From the NCBI GenBank assembly GCA_019828565.1, contig JAHDYR010000062.1, forward strand, positions 1,485,058 through 1,549,057: DNA of 64,000 nt, in the 5' to 3' direction. The stretch comes from Carpediemonas membranifera BICM. Its lineage: Eukaryota > Protista > Fornicata. Of this stretch, positions 20,031 to 30,971 are shown piece by piece (the stretch's first letter is position 1; each line of letters starts with the position of its first letter). The position numbers and the translations under genes are program-made. A model generated the notes under the pieces. It saw only the letters and a program-made list of their open reading frames with translations, was not told the DNA's origin and ran no database searches.

Positions 20031-22967
20031 TCAGTGCAGGGCCTGCTCGATGCTGTCGCCGACCATCTCCCGCACCGTCGCCGTCCCCAACTGGACGTCG
20101 AGGCCGGCCAACAGGCCAGCCATGTCGAGCTGGGCCAGACGGGGCGCTACCGCCGTGTGTACGTGCGCCCACGCCATGGGGTCGCGGCCGGAGCTCGCGA
20201 GGACGACGTCGATCATACGGGCAGCGATGAGACAGTTGGCCGCAAACGACGCGCTTGCCATGCGGTTCAGGGCGGAAGCTGGGGCAGCCCAGTCGACCCC
20301 GCCGGCCGCCTCGCCGGCCGCCTCCACCGTCATGTTTCCGAGCGACGCGACGAGTCTCCTGAGTTCGATGGCCGACAGATGCCGCAGGATCCCAATCATC
20401 TGATGCACGCCGACAGACGTGCGGCGGCCGCCCCACACGGACCCGAGGACCTCTGCCAGGGCCGGGGTGAGTGCCCTCAGGACGAACACGGGCTTGGCAG
20501 CGGCCGCGGGCTGGGGGACGAGGGCGGCTGTGGCCTGGTCAAATGTGTGGGCGATCGGCCTGAAGCACTGGTGGCCTGCACTCCACCTGAGGTCGTCGAG
20601 GGAGGTGATCGCTGACATCACGGCCGTGGCAAGCAAACCGTCCGTGTCAGCGGCCAGCAGCGCCTCGCCTGAGGGCACCGGCAGGTCGAGAGCCGCGGCA
20701 TTGTCGCAGGCCCCCAGTAAGATCGACAGCTGGTCGGCGAGCTCGTGAGACTGGTCGAGCGAGGACCCCGAGTACTCCCTGAGCATCGTCACGAGCTCCT
20801 CCTTGAGGGTGCGGGTGGTTTGCCGGCCGACGTGCAGTGCGATGCTGACTGACCGCCCCATGAGCTGAAGCGGGGGCTGACCAAAGAGCTGGGCGAAGTC
20901 GGCCGCGGGCGGTTCGAACCGGACGGCGCCTCGCTTGGACGTAGCTAGCTTCTCAAGACCGTATCTACCGAGATATACCGGATCTATGTGGGATACGGCG
21001 GATCTGGATACCACCCGGGCGACCACCATATCGGACAGGATGATTATGATCTGGCCGAGGCAAAGGTTGGCCTCGGCCTCGAGCTCCTCATAAAGGTGAC
21101 GCTGCTTCAAGCGGCGGAGGGTGAGGTTGGCCGCGTCGTCGTATATCTTCATCGGCACGTGCAGCAGGCCGACGAGGGGTGCCGTCTCCTGCTTGCCCGA
21201 GCAGGCTAATGAGGCGAGCATGAAGGGCAGCGAGGATACGGTGGGGAACTGGATGCGGCGCTCAATGGAGAGGTACATCTCCCGCAGCCACAGATGGCCG
21301 ATGTCCGACGCCGACTGGATGAGCCCGTCGAGCTCATGCACCGTAGAGGCAAACGAGGAGGATATGTCAAGCCACCGCTGCAGGCTGCCGGTCTTGACGC
21401 TCTCGTGCTTCCCCACGAGCTTCCTGTGGGAGGGGGAGAGGATGTCCGCGACCAGCACCCGGATCTGCTCAGTGTAGACGGTCGGGGGCAGCGCCGCCTT
21501 CTCGGGCAGGTCGACCGCGGCGCCATCCGTCACCTTGCCGTGGACCCAGTCACCGCAGATGTCGACGTGCGACATGATCCGGCGGGCAAGTACGGCGCCC
21601 TTGCGGTCCTTCTCGAGCAGCTGGGCGAGGCCCGTGAGATCGTGCTGGATGACTGTCTGGAAGGAGGAGAACAGGTGACGCTGGACCAGGGGCGCTACGG
21701 CGGGCAGCAGGGCTCTGAGCCGGGACCCAGCGGCCGATATGTAGCCGATAATGGCCATGAGGGCCTTCTTCTCGTCAGGACCGTAGTTGAACCGCACAGC
21801 CCTGTCGTACGCACTCAGCTTGTCATCTACGGGGACGCCCTTCGCCTCGAGCTCGGGGTCTGTTGCGGGGAACGCGAACTTGAACGACGCCAGCCTCAGC
21901 ACGGCAGACGTCCAGGACCCGATGTGCCTGGCCGCGACGGACACAGCGTCATAGGTCGCATGGGGGTCGTCCTGGCGGGCTATGACGGCCGATGAGAGAG
22001 AGGCCATGACGGCGCCGAACTGGGCAGATATCTGCGGCCGTCTGGCGCCGAGGTCGTAGGCCTGGGCGATACGGTCGAACATGGCAGACCCCCGGGCAGT
22101 GTCGATGCTGGGCAGGCCGCGCTTGGCCGAGTTGAAGTTGGGGATGCGGCTGAGGACGTCTGACGCGGAGATCGTGAGGTCGCCGAACAGCGGCGTATAC
22201 GGGTGCTGCTTCATGATCGCCCAGGCGTCCGACAGCTTGCTCTCCTTCATGGCGTCGCCCGTCATGAGGGTGGGCACCCTGGCGAGACAGCGGACGGCGA
22301 GGAACCGGTCGCTGGGCAGTATATAGAGGTCCTCCTTGATGTGTCGGACGCAATGGTGGACCAGGGCCAGCAGCACAGTGTCCACGCCGTCTATGGAGGC
22401 CAGCTTGTCCCTGATCAGAGAGGACACGTGGTCCTGCGTCCGGAGGAACGCCATGAGCGTCTCGTTCTCGATCGTGAGTGCGTCGGCATCCGCAGACTGG
22501 ATTTCGGCGACCTTCACGGCCTGGTACGCCCTGTTATAGGCTGACCAGTCGTTGTTGATAGCGGCCTTGGAGTTCTTGATGAGGTCGATGGTGCCAAAGA
22601 TGTCGATGGCGGTGCACAGCGCCTGAAGCAACGTGGGCGACCACTGGATGGAGACACGGTCCATCTGGCACATATCACCGATGATTCGCGTGAACACGTG
22701 CGTCCCGTCGGCAACAAACTGGAGGAGGTTTCGAATGATAGCGATTCGCGGCTCGAGGACCTTCACAGTCAGTTTGTACAGTTCAAGCTTTCTTGGATCG
22801 GATGGCGTGATCTGAGGAATAGTATTAGCACACAGGCGGTAGCCGTAGAGGTCATCCGTGCGTTGATGCCCTTCAGCAATCACTTTCTGCAATTCAACGA
22901 TCTTCTCGATCTGAAAAGCATCTGCTTCCTTAAAAACCCGCATGGTTTGCGTGTCGTACGCGTCCAT
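20031..22967 (-). CDS. CYFIP: CYFIP/Sra1 (WAVE regulatory complex)
   Basis: IDLIKNSKAAINNDWSAYNRA, YDRAVRFNY, DIGHLWLREMYL..RRIQFP..SLPFML, LYEELEAEANLC. Confidence 0.88.
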   Translation of the reverse strand: MDAYDTQTMRVFKEADAFQIEKIVELQKVIAEGHQRTDDLYGYRLCANTIPQITPSDPRKLELYKLTVKVLEPRIAIIRNLLQFVADGTHVFTRIIGDMCQMDRVSIQWSPTLLQALCTAIDIFGTIDLIKNSKAAINNDWSAYNRAYQAVKVAEIQSADADALTIENETLMAFLRTQDHVSSLIRDKLASIDGVDTVLLALVHHCVRHIKEDLYILPSDRFLAVRCLARVPTLMTGDAMKESKLSDAWAIMKQHPYTPLFGDLTISASDVLSRIPNFNSAKRGLPSIDTARGSAMFDRIAQAYDLGARRPQISAQFGAVMASLSSAVIARQDDPHATYDAVSVAARHIGSWTSAVLRLASFKFAFPATDPELEAKGVPVDDKLSAYDRAVRFNYGPDEKKALMAIIGYISAAGSRLRALLPAVAPLVQRHLFSSFQTVIQHDLTGLAQLLEKDRKGAVLARRIMSHVDICGDWVHGKVTDGAAVDLPEKAALPPTVYTEQIRVLVADILSPSHRKLVGKHESVKTGSLQRWLDISSSFASTVHELDGLIQSASDIGHLWLREMYLSIERRIQFPTVSSLPFMLASLACSGKQETAPLVGLLHVPMKIYDDAANLTLRRLKQRHLYEELEAEANLCLGQIIIILSDMVVARVVSRSAVSHIDPVYLGRYGLEKLATSKRGAVRFEPPAADFAQLFGQPPLQLMGRSVSIALHVGRQTTRTLKEELVTMLREYSGSSLDQSHELADQLSILLGACDNAAALDLPVPSGEALLAADTDGLLATAVMSAITSLDDLRWSAGHQCFRPIAHTFDQATAALVPQPAAAAKPVFVLRALTPALAEVLGSVWGGRRTSVGVHQMIGILRHLSAIELRRLVASLGNMTVEAAGEAAGGVDWAAPASALNRMASASFAANCLIAARMIDVVLASSGRDPMAWAHVHTAVAPRLAQLDMAGLLAGLDVQLGTATVREMVGDSIEQALH

Positions 22968-23251
22968 GGGAGCCAGATGATGCGGTTTGTCGTTGTGTCT
23001 TTTCTGGCAAAACATAATCTGCGTATAGCCAGCACACCCACGCTGGTCACGGAAGAAGAGCCAGCGTGGAGGGTCAAACCAGAAGCCGGCTTGTTAATCG
23101 GACAAAGATCACGAGGGTGCGTTTATCAAAGCTCCCCAGCAGAGCACGCATCGACAGCCCCACTGGCATCAATCGCAGCTTCACCTGACACATCCACATG
23201 GCCATGGCGCACTAGCCATACGGACTCATCTCAGCGAACACCCTCTCGGTC

Positions 23252-26200
23252 TCACCGGCGCTCATCGACATCCGCCTCCACGAGCTCGTCGAGGGCCTCC
23301 TTTGACTGGAGCCCCTTCAGCTGCTGGAGGAGACCGTGCCCCAATGAAGCCCTGTGGCGATTGAGGACGAAGTCGAGCTGGACGAGCACGTCTACCCGCC
23401 CCCTCAGCGTGGTCCAGATGACCCGGCGGATGTGGAGGAAGTGCATCAGCGCCACCAACACTGTGACAACGACCCCCGCCGCAATGGCCGAAGCGTACGC
23501 CATGATGACAAGCTCGCCCTGAGCCTCGACCATGAGCTCGCCGATCTCCCGCAGGCAGGGCTCGATGCCGACCATGACAACCATGCCTGTAGTGTTGAGA
23601 TAATCAAAGTCCGCCGCCCCGACCGGGTAGTCGATCAGCGCGTTCAGCCGGGTGATGTAAAGACTCAGGGATGAGATGAGTCCGTCCGTAGTGCCCACTG
23701 GGAGGTCAGCCGACCCACCGAGCTCCGGCGGGCATGCGGCAAGGGCGTCAGGGTGGACCCTGCAGGCTGACTCGTAGAGGACCGCGGCGATGGCGTCCTC
23801 GTTGGTGTTCGACGACCACGTGGGGGCGACCAAGCCCCGGCCGAACTTAGTGATGAGCTCGACGAGGGGGGCCAGCATGGACGGGTCCGATGTGGGCAGC
23901 CAGTCTGCCTCGGTGTCTCCCTGCAGCGTCAGATAGCCCAATGCGCGGCGCAGGTCGGCGATATGGGCCTGGAGAGCGGCCCTGTCGTCGGTCTGCTCGA
24001 CCAGCGTGTCAGCCTCCACCGCGGCGAGCCGGTATGTGACTGCGTACGCCTTGAGCGCTGTCCGCTCGATGGAGCTGAGGACGTAGTTGTACTGGGCGAA
24101 GAATGCGACAGTCTCGATCGAGTACGACGACGCGGCGAAGACAGACACGAGCACGGCCCCGACAGCCACGACCCAGGCCAATGTCCTGGGGGCGAGTGCG
24201 AGGAGGCGACCGGCCACCATGCCCGCTCTGATAGCCGCCCACCGCTTCTGGCCGACGTCCGGCTCCTCAGTGGGCGCGGCTCGGACGACGGTGCTCTGCT
24301 CGTGCAGGGCGAGGTTGGTCTGGAGCGTCTCGGCGTCGACCAGGGCGTCGTCGTCCATCTCGATGTCGTGCAGGCGAGAGGGGGTCGCCGGTGCGTTGGA
24401 GCAGGGTGTATCGGGCCTATTATCGCGAGAGTGCGCCATGGCGTGGATGACGCAGCCGGGCATGGCGAACACGAGCTTCAGCAGCGACAGCGCCTGGCTC
24501 GTCTCCATGAGGACGGGCAGGAAGAAGCAGAAGCAGACGTTGTACACCATCCCGGCGCACAGCAGCAGCACGGCGATGGCGGTGACGTTAGAGGCGAACA
24601 TCGGGAAGTCCCGGGCGGTATAGAAGACGTGCTCGTACAGCTCGTCCATCGTGTCGAGCACGGCGTCGACGTCGTCGGTCAGCTTGACGCCCGACCCCAG
24701 CAAGGAGAGAGACCCGACTGGCATGATTCCCGTCCAGCCGTCGGGGTCGGGCGAAGTCATGAGAGAGTCAGCATTACCCTGCACCACCGAGACCGACGCG
24801 TAGATGTAGTTGTTCAGCTGGGACAGCATGGTTGTAATCAGCGTCACGTTGCTGACGGTGTCGTTGACCATCGTCGTCTCGATGTGTCGGAGGTACGTCG
24901 CCATGTGCGAGGTCAAGGAGTGGGCGAGGGAGTCGACGCTGTACACGGACAACATGTCGCTGCGGGGCATGAAGCTGATGTCACCTGCTTCCATCATCGT
25001 GGCCAGCTTTGTGAAGAAGTCGACGCTGTTGGTGAACTGAGCAGTCGCGAAGACATCGACCTTGGAGACGACGCCGAGCAGCGACGACACATCGGCCTTG
25101 GAGAGGGTGTACAGCGGCGCCATCACACTCTGGTGGGCGACGAACGCCCCGGCAGTCAAGAGCTGGATGTCCTCGAAGCGGGTGAACTGAAGGGCGCCGA
25201 TGTGGACGAGGTTGAGCGCCGCAGCCAGGCGGGACGTGGCGTGTGCGACGTACACCACCCGCTCGACGCTGTACACCTCGACGAGGTAGATGGCGCCGAT
25301 GGCACCCACCAGCAGCAGGAGCAGCGCTCCAGTTCCCGCGAGAGTCCGCAGCTCGATCGACCCGCCAACCAGCCTGCGGTTGGAAACAGCCTTCCTGGTC
25401 AGCACGGGCTCGACGAAGACGCTCTGACGCCCTCTTCCAGAGGTCTCGAGCTCGTCGGCCATGGTCAGGAAAGTCTGGGCTTCCGCTGCCCGCCCCAGAC
25501 CTCGGTCGACGAAGGAGGCGTATTCCCGGAGCACGTGGGGGGACGCGGCGGGCAGCAGGTCGCGGAAGCCCTTCTCGATCGTGTGGGTCAGGTCGTAAAC
25601 CTGGGCGAAGAGCTTCGTCATGCGGGCGAGCTTGGCCATGCTGATGACCTTGGAGTGCTCCTGCGAGACCATCGCCCAGAGCGCCCGTCTGGCGTCCAGC
25701 ATGGTGGCCATTGAACCCCGCACCTCTCCCAGCTTCTTGGCCCTGGCGTGGCGTTCCTTGGCGGCAGCGTGGGCGGCCCCCCTGAAGCTGTCGGACGACG
25801 ACTGGAAGAGGCTGTAGATGACGAAGCCGACGTCCAGTCGCCAGTACGACAAGGCTCCGGCACTCGCGAGCTTGTCCAGCATGGCGAGGGCGAACGTCAC
25901 GTGCCGGGGCTGAAGGGCGTTCACGAGGAGGCCGTACTGCACCATGAGGTCGGACGAGTTCGGCCGGGACGCTAATGCCCGTTGGTACATCCGGAACAGC
26001 ACGCGCTGCTCCCTGGTGCTCTCGATGATGCGGTCGACGACCTGCTGCTGCTCCTCGGGCGCGATGAATTGGTCACTGCCGCCGAAGCCGGGGAGGGCAA
26101 CGGGCTCGCGGGCACGCTTGGCTGCTGCGATCTTGTGCTTGATGACGCCATGAACCCTTGCGATGTATGCGCGCATCCCTATCGCCAGGACGGACGTCGG

Positions 26201-27340
26201 CATGTGAGGCACGCGTCCAGCGAAGGGGGGCAAGCCGGCGGGGCTGGGGTCGCCGTGGGGGTCTGGGTCGACGCGCATGTGGTCGTCAAGAGCATCAGAG
26301 TGGGCAGCGACGGCCTTGTAGAAGGGGAACATCGCCTGGGCCGCGAGGAACGGCCAGAAGCAGATGACACAGACCAGGGGCACCGCGACGAAGATAACGT
26401 ACTGACCAATGGACGGTGAGTTGCCCAGGGTGATGGCACCACCGACCATGCTGGCGACGAGGGCGTATACGCAGTTGGAGGCCATGCGGACGTACTGCTG
26501 CTCGACGGACAGGACCAGGGCGCCCAGGATGATGAGGAGGCCCGCAATATAGCAGCCCAGCGCCCAGTGTGTGTCGTTCTGGGACAACGTAGACGAGGTT
26601 GCCCGGATGACGAGGGCGATGACATTACACACGGAGCTCAGCAGGGTTCCAAGGGACGTGGACGCGGAGAGCAGGCTGATATTGAGCAGCTCTGTGTGGA
26701 TCATACACATGTTCATACACGCGAAAAAGACGGTTGTCGCCGCAGCCGCGGGGAGTGTGCCCAGGAGGAGCGGTAGGGCGGCGGCGGGGTTACCGTCGAG
26801 AAGGCTGGAGAAGAAGTTGGCCGAGAAGGTAGCGACGACGAATACGAGGGGATAGATGACAATGTAGAAGGCTGGCACGAAGACGAACGAGGCAAACCAG
26901 AAGATGGCGCGGGGGACCTTGTTCGCGAGGTACTTAGTTGCGACAAGAAAGAGAAAGACGATGGCGACGATGAAGATAGCAGTGAGGGCGGCCAGCGAGG
27001 CGTACTGCTGGGTGTCGGAGAGCTCGGAGACGGATAGGGAGGAGTTCTCAATGACGAAAAAGGGGAGGGCAAAGCAAATAGAGAAGCACTGCAGGAGATA
27101 TATCATATTGTAGTAAGCGTGGGACCTGTCGTGCAGGATCATGTGATTCCAGGCGAAAATTAGGAGCCGGATGTGCTTCAGTCGACTCATGTTGCTGCTA
27201 TTTGTGAACTCCATCTGCCATATGGCCATTGATGTCCCTGATGTGCCCGATGATGCCCTAGACGTTGCAGCCTCTGATAATGTAGCGCCGTGGCCGACCA
27301 TACTCGGACCGTTAAACTGGGCTGGCATACCAAGTGTCAT
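23252..27340 (-). CDS. TmcB/TmcC-like polytopic membrane protein
   Basis: N-terminal TM bundle, MYQRALASRPNSSDLMVQYG and PHVLREYASFVDRGLG TPR-like motifs, two TM-flanked extracellular domains; architecture parallels 13256-19652. Confidence 0.65.
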   Translation of the reverse strand: MTLGMPAQFNGPSMVGHGATLSEAATSRASSGTSGTSMAIWQMEFTNSSNMSRLKHIRLLIFAWNHMILHDRSHAYYNMIYLLQCFSICFALPFFVIENSSLSVSELSDTQQYASLAALTAIFIVAIVFLFLVATKYLANKVPRAIFWFASFVFVPAFYIVIYPLVFVVATFSANFFSSLLDGNPAAALPLLLGTLPAAAATTVFFACMNMCMIHTELLNISLLSASTSLGTLLSSVCNVIALVIRATSSTLSQNDTHWALGCYIAGLLIILGALVLSVEQQYVRMASNCVYALVASMVGGAITLGNSPSIGQYVIFVAVPLVCVICFWPFLAAQAMFPFYKAVAAHSDALDDHMRVDPDPHGDPSPAGLPPFAGRVPHMPTSVLAIGMRAYIARVHGVIKHKIAAAKRAREPVALPGFGGSDQFIAPEEQQQVVDRIIESTREQRVLFRMYQRALASRPNSSDLMVQYGLLVNALQPRHVTFALAMLDKLASAGALSYWRLDVGFVIYSLFQSSSDSFRGAAHAAAKERHARAKKLGEVRGSMATMLDARRALWAMVSQEHSKVISMAKLARMTKLFAQVYDLTHTIEKGFRDLLPAASPHVLREYASFVDRGLGRAAEAQTFLTMADELETSGRGRQSVFVEPVLTRKAVSNRRLVGGSIELRTLAGTGALLLLLVGAIGAIYLVEVYSVERVVYVAHATSRLAAALNLVHIGALQFTRFEDIQLLTAGAFVAHQSVMAPLYTLSKADVSSLLGVVSKVDVFATAQFTNSVDFFTKLATMMEAGDISFMPRSDMLSVYSVDSLAHSLTSHMATYLRHIETTMVNDTVSNVTLITTMLSQLNNYIYASVSVVQGNADSLMTSPDPDGWTGIMPVGSLSLLGSGVKLTDDVDAVLDTMDELYEHVFYTARDFPMFASNVTAIAVLLLCAGMVYNVCFCFFLPVLMETSQALSLLKLVFAMPGCVIHAMAHSRDNRPDTPCSNAPATPSRLHDIEMDDDALVDAETLQTNLALHEQSTVVRAAPTEEPDVGQKRWAAIRAGMVAGRLLALAPRTLAWVVAVGAVLVSVFAASSYSIETVAFFAQYNYVLSSIERTALKAYAVTYRLAAVEADTLVEQTDDRAALQAHIADLRRALGYLTLQGDTEADWLPTSDPSMLAPLVELITKFGRGLVAPTWSSNTNEDAIAAVLYESACRVHPDALAACPPELGGSADLPVGTTDGLISSLSLYITRLNALIDYPVGAADFDYLNTTGMVVMVGIEPCLREIGELMVEAQGELVIMAYASAIAAGVVVTVLVALMHFLHIRRVIWTTLRGRVDVLVQLDFVLNRHRASLGHGLLQQLKGLQSKEALDELVEADVDERR

Positions 27341-27519
27341 AAACTGCGCGCCATCAGCATAGCGGTCCGAGGCGCAGAGTGAGGCCTCAAGCTTCTATGT
27401 GATGCCGCTGTCACCAGCCGAGAGTCCGTCCAATCGTGACTGGGCCCTGAGATCCGACCGCAATCAACTCGCAAAAATATTTAAACCGTGTGCTTAAACC
27501 CTGTGACTGAAATCAGCAG

Positions 27520-29277
27520 CTATACAAACCGCCACTTCTTCGTGATTGACTCAAGTGCCTGTGGCTCGCCCGAGGGCATCTTCGACCTGAAACTCAGCAT
27601 GTTACCGGGCAGCATGCTCTTGGGCATCGTAAACAGACCCCCGCCCAGCGTCACCTCCTCGTCGGGCACGGCGTTGAGCATCTTGGTCCACTTGGTGACT
27701 TCAGCCTTCGCCGTCTTGACGCCGAGTTGGGCCTTATCGTTGGCCCCGAGGGCAAACCACTGGCCGGACTCAGAGTTCTTGGCGAAGAAAGAGGCATGGC
27801 CGTCAGTAGCAAACGTGCCCACCGAGAAGGGGAAGCCGAGCTCCGTGGCCAAGGAGTATCTGTCTTCCCCGCCGGGTAGGTAGGCCTTGAAGTACTTGGC
27901 GTTGCCCGTAAAGTAAATTAGCCCGCACGACTTCCATAAAATAAAGTCAAAATGTATCCAAAGATCGTCCACAGGGATCCTTGCGGGAGTGAGCGCGCTG
28001 ACCCGGTTACAGTGGCCAAGCCCGAGCTGGCCAGCTGAGTTCCACCCCGCCACATACGCCTTGTCCCGACGCTTGGCTACTATATTATACTCGTGGATCT
28101 GGAGATTGGCGAATATAAATCCGGGGGGCAGGGCGACCTGTCTGAACGAAAGCACCATGTCCCTGTCCGACCCGGCCGCCAGCTGGCCCTCCGTGTTCTG
28201 ACCCGCGGCAACCAGGCCGGCGGGGGTCTCTATGAAAATGCTATCGATGCCCTCGCTCACGCGGACCTTCATGTATTCGCCTGGCTTCATGCGGGCCTCG
28301 AAGCGGGCCACGTCGGGGGCATCCGCGAAGGAGATCCGCATGGGCACGCTGATGTGCTCCTGCTTAGAACCCACGCCGAGCTTGCCGAACGCGTTGTCCC
28401 CGAACCCGTACAGCCCCCGCCTGGTCACGGCGTACAGCGAGTCGTAGTCCGCATGCTGCATCTCCACGGTGGGTGGCAGGGCTACCCTGGTGAAGGCGTC
28501 GACCCGCATGTCGAGCAGACCCGTACCGGTGCGGCCCCACCAGTTCGACCCCTTGCCGAAGAGTCGGCCCGCGTTCAGCCAGAACCGGGCGCCGAAGTCG
28601 TACTTCTTTCCCTCCTTCTTGGCACTGGGGAGTGTGGCGTTGATGTGCTTCGACAGGAACCAGTTGGCGAGCAGCTTATCCGGGACGGGGGTGGATCCGT
28701 CGGACATGACGCCCTGCTCGAGCTCCTCGGCTGTGTGTATGTCCTCAGGGTCGAAGCCGGCGGTGAGGAAGATCGCCCAGATGACTGAGTGGTTCAGGGC
28801 GACGAACTCAGCGTTTGACTTGCTCTGGCCGCTGGTGTCGGCGTTCTCCGCGAGCCAGTCCTCGAAGGTGAAATCCCCCGGGGCCTCGAGGGCCGTGGTG
28901 AAGGTCTCCATGATCCCGCGGACCTGGACACGGTTCATTAAACGGGGATGCTGCGCCAGATGGTCCGCGGCGACCTGCAGCTCGTGCATGGGGTCGTCCT
29001 CGATGGCCTGCCGCTTCACGGATGACAGCGCGATCTCAGTCTTATTGTCTAGGAGGTTCACAGCATCACCAAGGAACGCAAGGCCTGCATTGAAGCGCGT
29101 TTTGTCCTCAGAATTGACGGTTCTGGAGATGACGGCCTCCAGGTCCTTCAGAGAAGATTGCAGCGCATCCAGAACCTCCTCCACGGGGCAAAGCGTGGAT
29201 TGGCGGAATTCAGACGTTTCCGCTGCAGACGCATTAGGCGGCAAGCCGTCCATTGATCGAGCTGGATCCGAAGGCAT
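27520..29277 (-). CDS. RCC1/BLIP-II-like beta-propeller protein
   Basis: GFGDNAFGKLGVG, AAGQNTEGQL, AGWNSAGQLGLG, ALGANDKAQLG repeats. Confidence 0.8.
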   Translation of the reverse strand: MPSDPARSMDGLPPNASAAETSEFRQSTLCPVEEVLDALQSSLKDLEAVISRTVNSEDKTRFNAGLAFLGDAVNLLDNKTEIALSSVKRQAIEDDPMHELQVAADHLAQHPRLMNRVQVRGIMETFTTALEAPGDFTFEDWLAENADTSGQSKSNAEFVALNHSVIWAIFLTAGFDPEDIHTAEELEQGVMSDGSTPVPDKLLANWFLSKHINATLPSAKKEGKKYDFGARFWLNAGRLFGKGSNWWGRTGTGLLDMRVDAFTRVALPPTVEMQHADYDSLYAVTRRGLYGFGDNAFGKLGVGSKQEHISVPMRISFADAPDVARFEARMKPGEYMKVRVSEGIDSIFIETPAGLVAAGQNTEGQLAAGSDRDMVLSFRQVALPPGFIFANLQIHEYNIVAKRRDKAYVAGWNSAGQLGLGHCNRVSALTPARIPVDDLWIHFDFILWKSCGLIYFTGNAKYFKAYLPGGEDRYSLATELGFPFSVGTFATDGHASFFAKNSESGQWFALGANDKAQLGVKTAKAEVTKWTKMLNAVPDEEVTLGGGLFTMPKSMLPGNMLSFRSKMPSGEPQALESITKKWRFV

Positions 29278-29502
29278 TTAAGATTTCATCGCAAAGCTAA
29301 AATTATGCGAGCGGGTGGACCCAGCTCTCGGGGTTAAGCTCCCATTGAAGGGGACTCTTCTCGGCGACTGGCTTGTCCGCGTTCGTTAATAACGGCACCG
29401 CCCTCGGCACCACAGATACGTGACCATCCACGGGATCGACGGTGCTGTCCGGAAGAGCTGTTCATTTGTACCATGGGGTTGTGCTATGGGGCAAAAACCT
29501 GC

Positions 29503-30356
29503 TCAGAGCGCCTCATCAACGGCAACGACGGCCGTGACGACGGTGTATGCCAGTCCGGTGGTCAGACAGAGATAGAGCAGAGCCCGCCCCATCCCCATGC
29601 CAGAGAGCTGCTTAGCGAGCGAGGACAGCGTCGTGAGGGCACCACACAGTCCGGACGAGGCGTGCCCCACCCACACCCACCCCGTCCGGCGGGCACAGAC
29701 AGCCAGCGCCATAGCAAGCCCGGACCCGGCGACGTTGACTAGCAATGTCCCGACTGGGAGGCCGAGGCAGCGATTGGCCAGTCGGGAATCGAGCTGGCCC
29801 GCGAGGTAGAGGCGGACGGTGGCCCCCAGGACGGCACAGGGAGAGGCCACAAGGATGAGGGCGACACGCAGGTCACTGTGGATGAACGAGTCGCATGATA
29901 TGACTCCCACAGCAACGAGTACGGCGACCACGGCAATCATTGTCGGGGTGATAGTCAGCTGTCGCCCCCAGCGGTAACAGGCGTAGCAAAGCGCCACGCA
30001 GGTTAGATAGGGGACAATCTGCAGCCCTGGTATGTACTTGACGAGGGAGTCGCCATCCCTGGTGACGTGGCCGACAAACAGTGAAGAAAAGGTCGATGTG
30101 GACCCTGCTAAACCGGCGCCGAGCGCTGTAGAGAGTATAGACGTCGCCTTATCATCCAATGAGACATGGCTGCTCGCAATAGCACCCATATAGAATCCGC
30201 CCAGCGCGTTGGGCTGTGTGAATGCAGGAACGAGGGACTTACCGCCCAGTTCGAGATGCCCATGAATGAACGCGTCAGGACCTCGAGAAAGTACCTTGTC
30301 AGGGCCCCAACGATCGCGAATACCGCCACTTCCAGCCAGATCCAGCCCTGCTTCAT
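29503..30356 (-). CDS. Fex/Fluc (CrcB) fluoride exporter, two-domain; intron 30214-30242
   Basis: GALTRY, NALGGF, GLAGSTSTFSS; second domain GATVRLYL, GTLLVNVAGS, GLCGALTTLSS; 29-nt GTAAGT..TTCACACAG intron restores the frame. Confidence 0.85.
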
Positions 30357-30457
30357 CCGCTGGCGTGCAGGCTTACCAACACTGCTCTGTGGCACAGCAT
30401 ACATAGAGCGCACACCCTCACCACCCTGCCTATGTCCATTTACGTGTTCAATCTAAT

Positions 30458-30860
30458 CTACATATCGAACTGGCGGGCCGGGAGGACCTGCGGGGCCGTG
30501 GGTCCGGACCCGACGAGTGGCTGGGTCTCAAGCGTCTTGATAAGACGTCTGCTGCCTATGAGGTTCTGGTTGAAGGCGTCCATGCTCTCGATGATGTGCT
30601 TCATGCGAGTCTTCTTCGTCTGGCGAAGTTCCTTCAGAAACTGGACATTGGGGAGGAAGTTGTCGCCATACTTCTTCACGCATGCCTCCAAATTGGCAAT
30701 ATCGCCGTTGATTTCCTCGAGCTCGGCCTCTAGGACTGTGTTATTGGGGAACAATCGACAAACCGGTCCAGTGCGCCTGCAGTTGGTCTAAAACACTAAT
30801 AAGGTCTGTTTTCGCAGCTAGTATAAGACAGAAAGGGGTTCACAAACCGTCCATGGCCAT
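30458..30860 (-). CDS. SSNA1/NA14/DIP13-like coiled-coil protein; introns 30818-30847 and 30736-30763
   Basis: Spliced MAMDAAKTDLISVLDQLQAHWTVLEAEL...HIIESMDAFNQNLIGSRRLIKTL aligns without gaps to the recalled SSNA1 core. Confidence 0.55.
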
Positions 30861-30971
30861 TAGCGACGACGGAGAATGCGCTGAGCTGTGATGCCCCGCT
30901 GTATGCGGATTACACAAAGCCTTGAAAAGGGGGATCAAAATTTAGCACTAAAGACGATAATACTCGGCTTT

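Noticed and set aside
23963-25714. 583-aa + strand ORF (also 53430-55373, 33365-34612 and many smaller ones)
   Set aside because: Antisense shadows of GC3-rich genes; H/G/V/R-rich translations without motifs
30357-30457. Fluoride riboswitch upstream of the Fex gene
   Set aside because: No GGCGATGG..TGATG consensus seen; eukaryotic context
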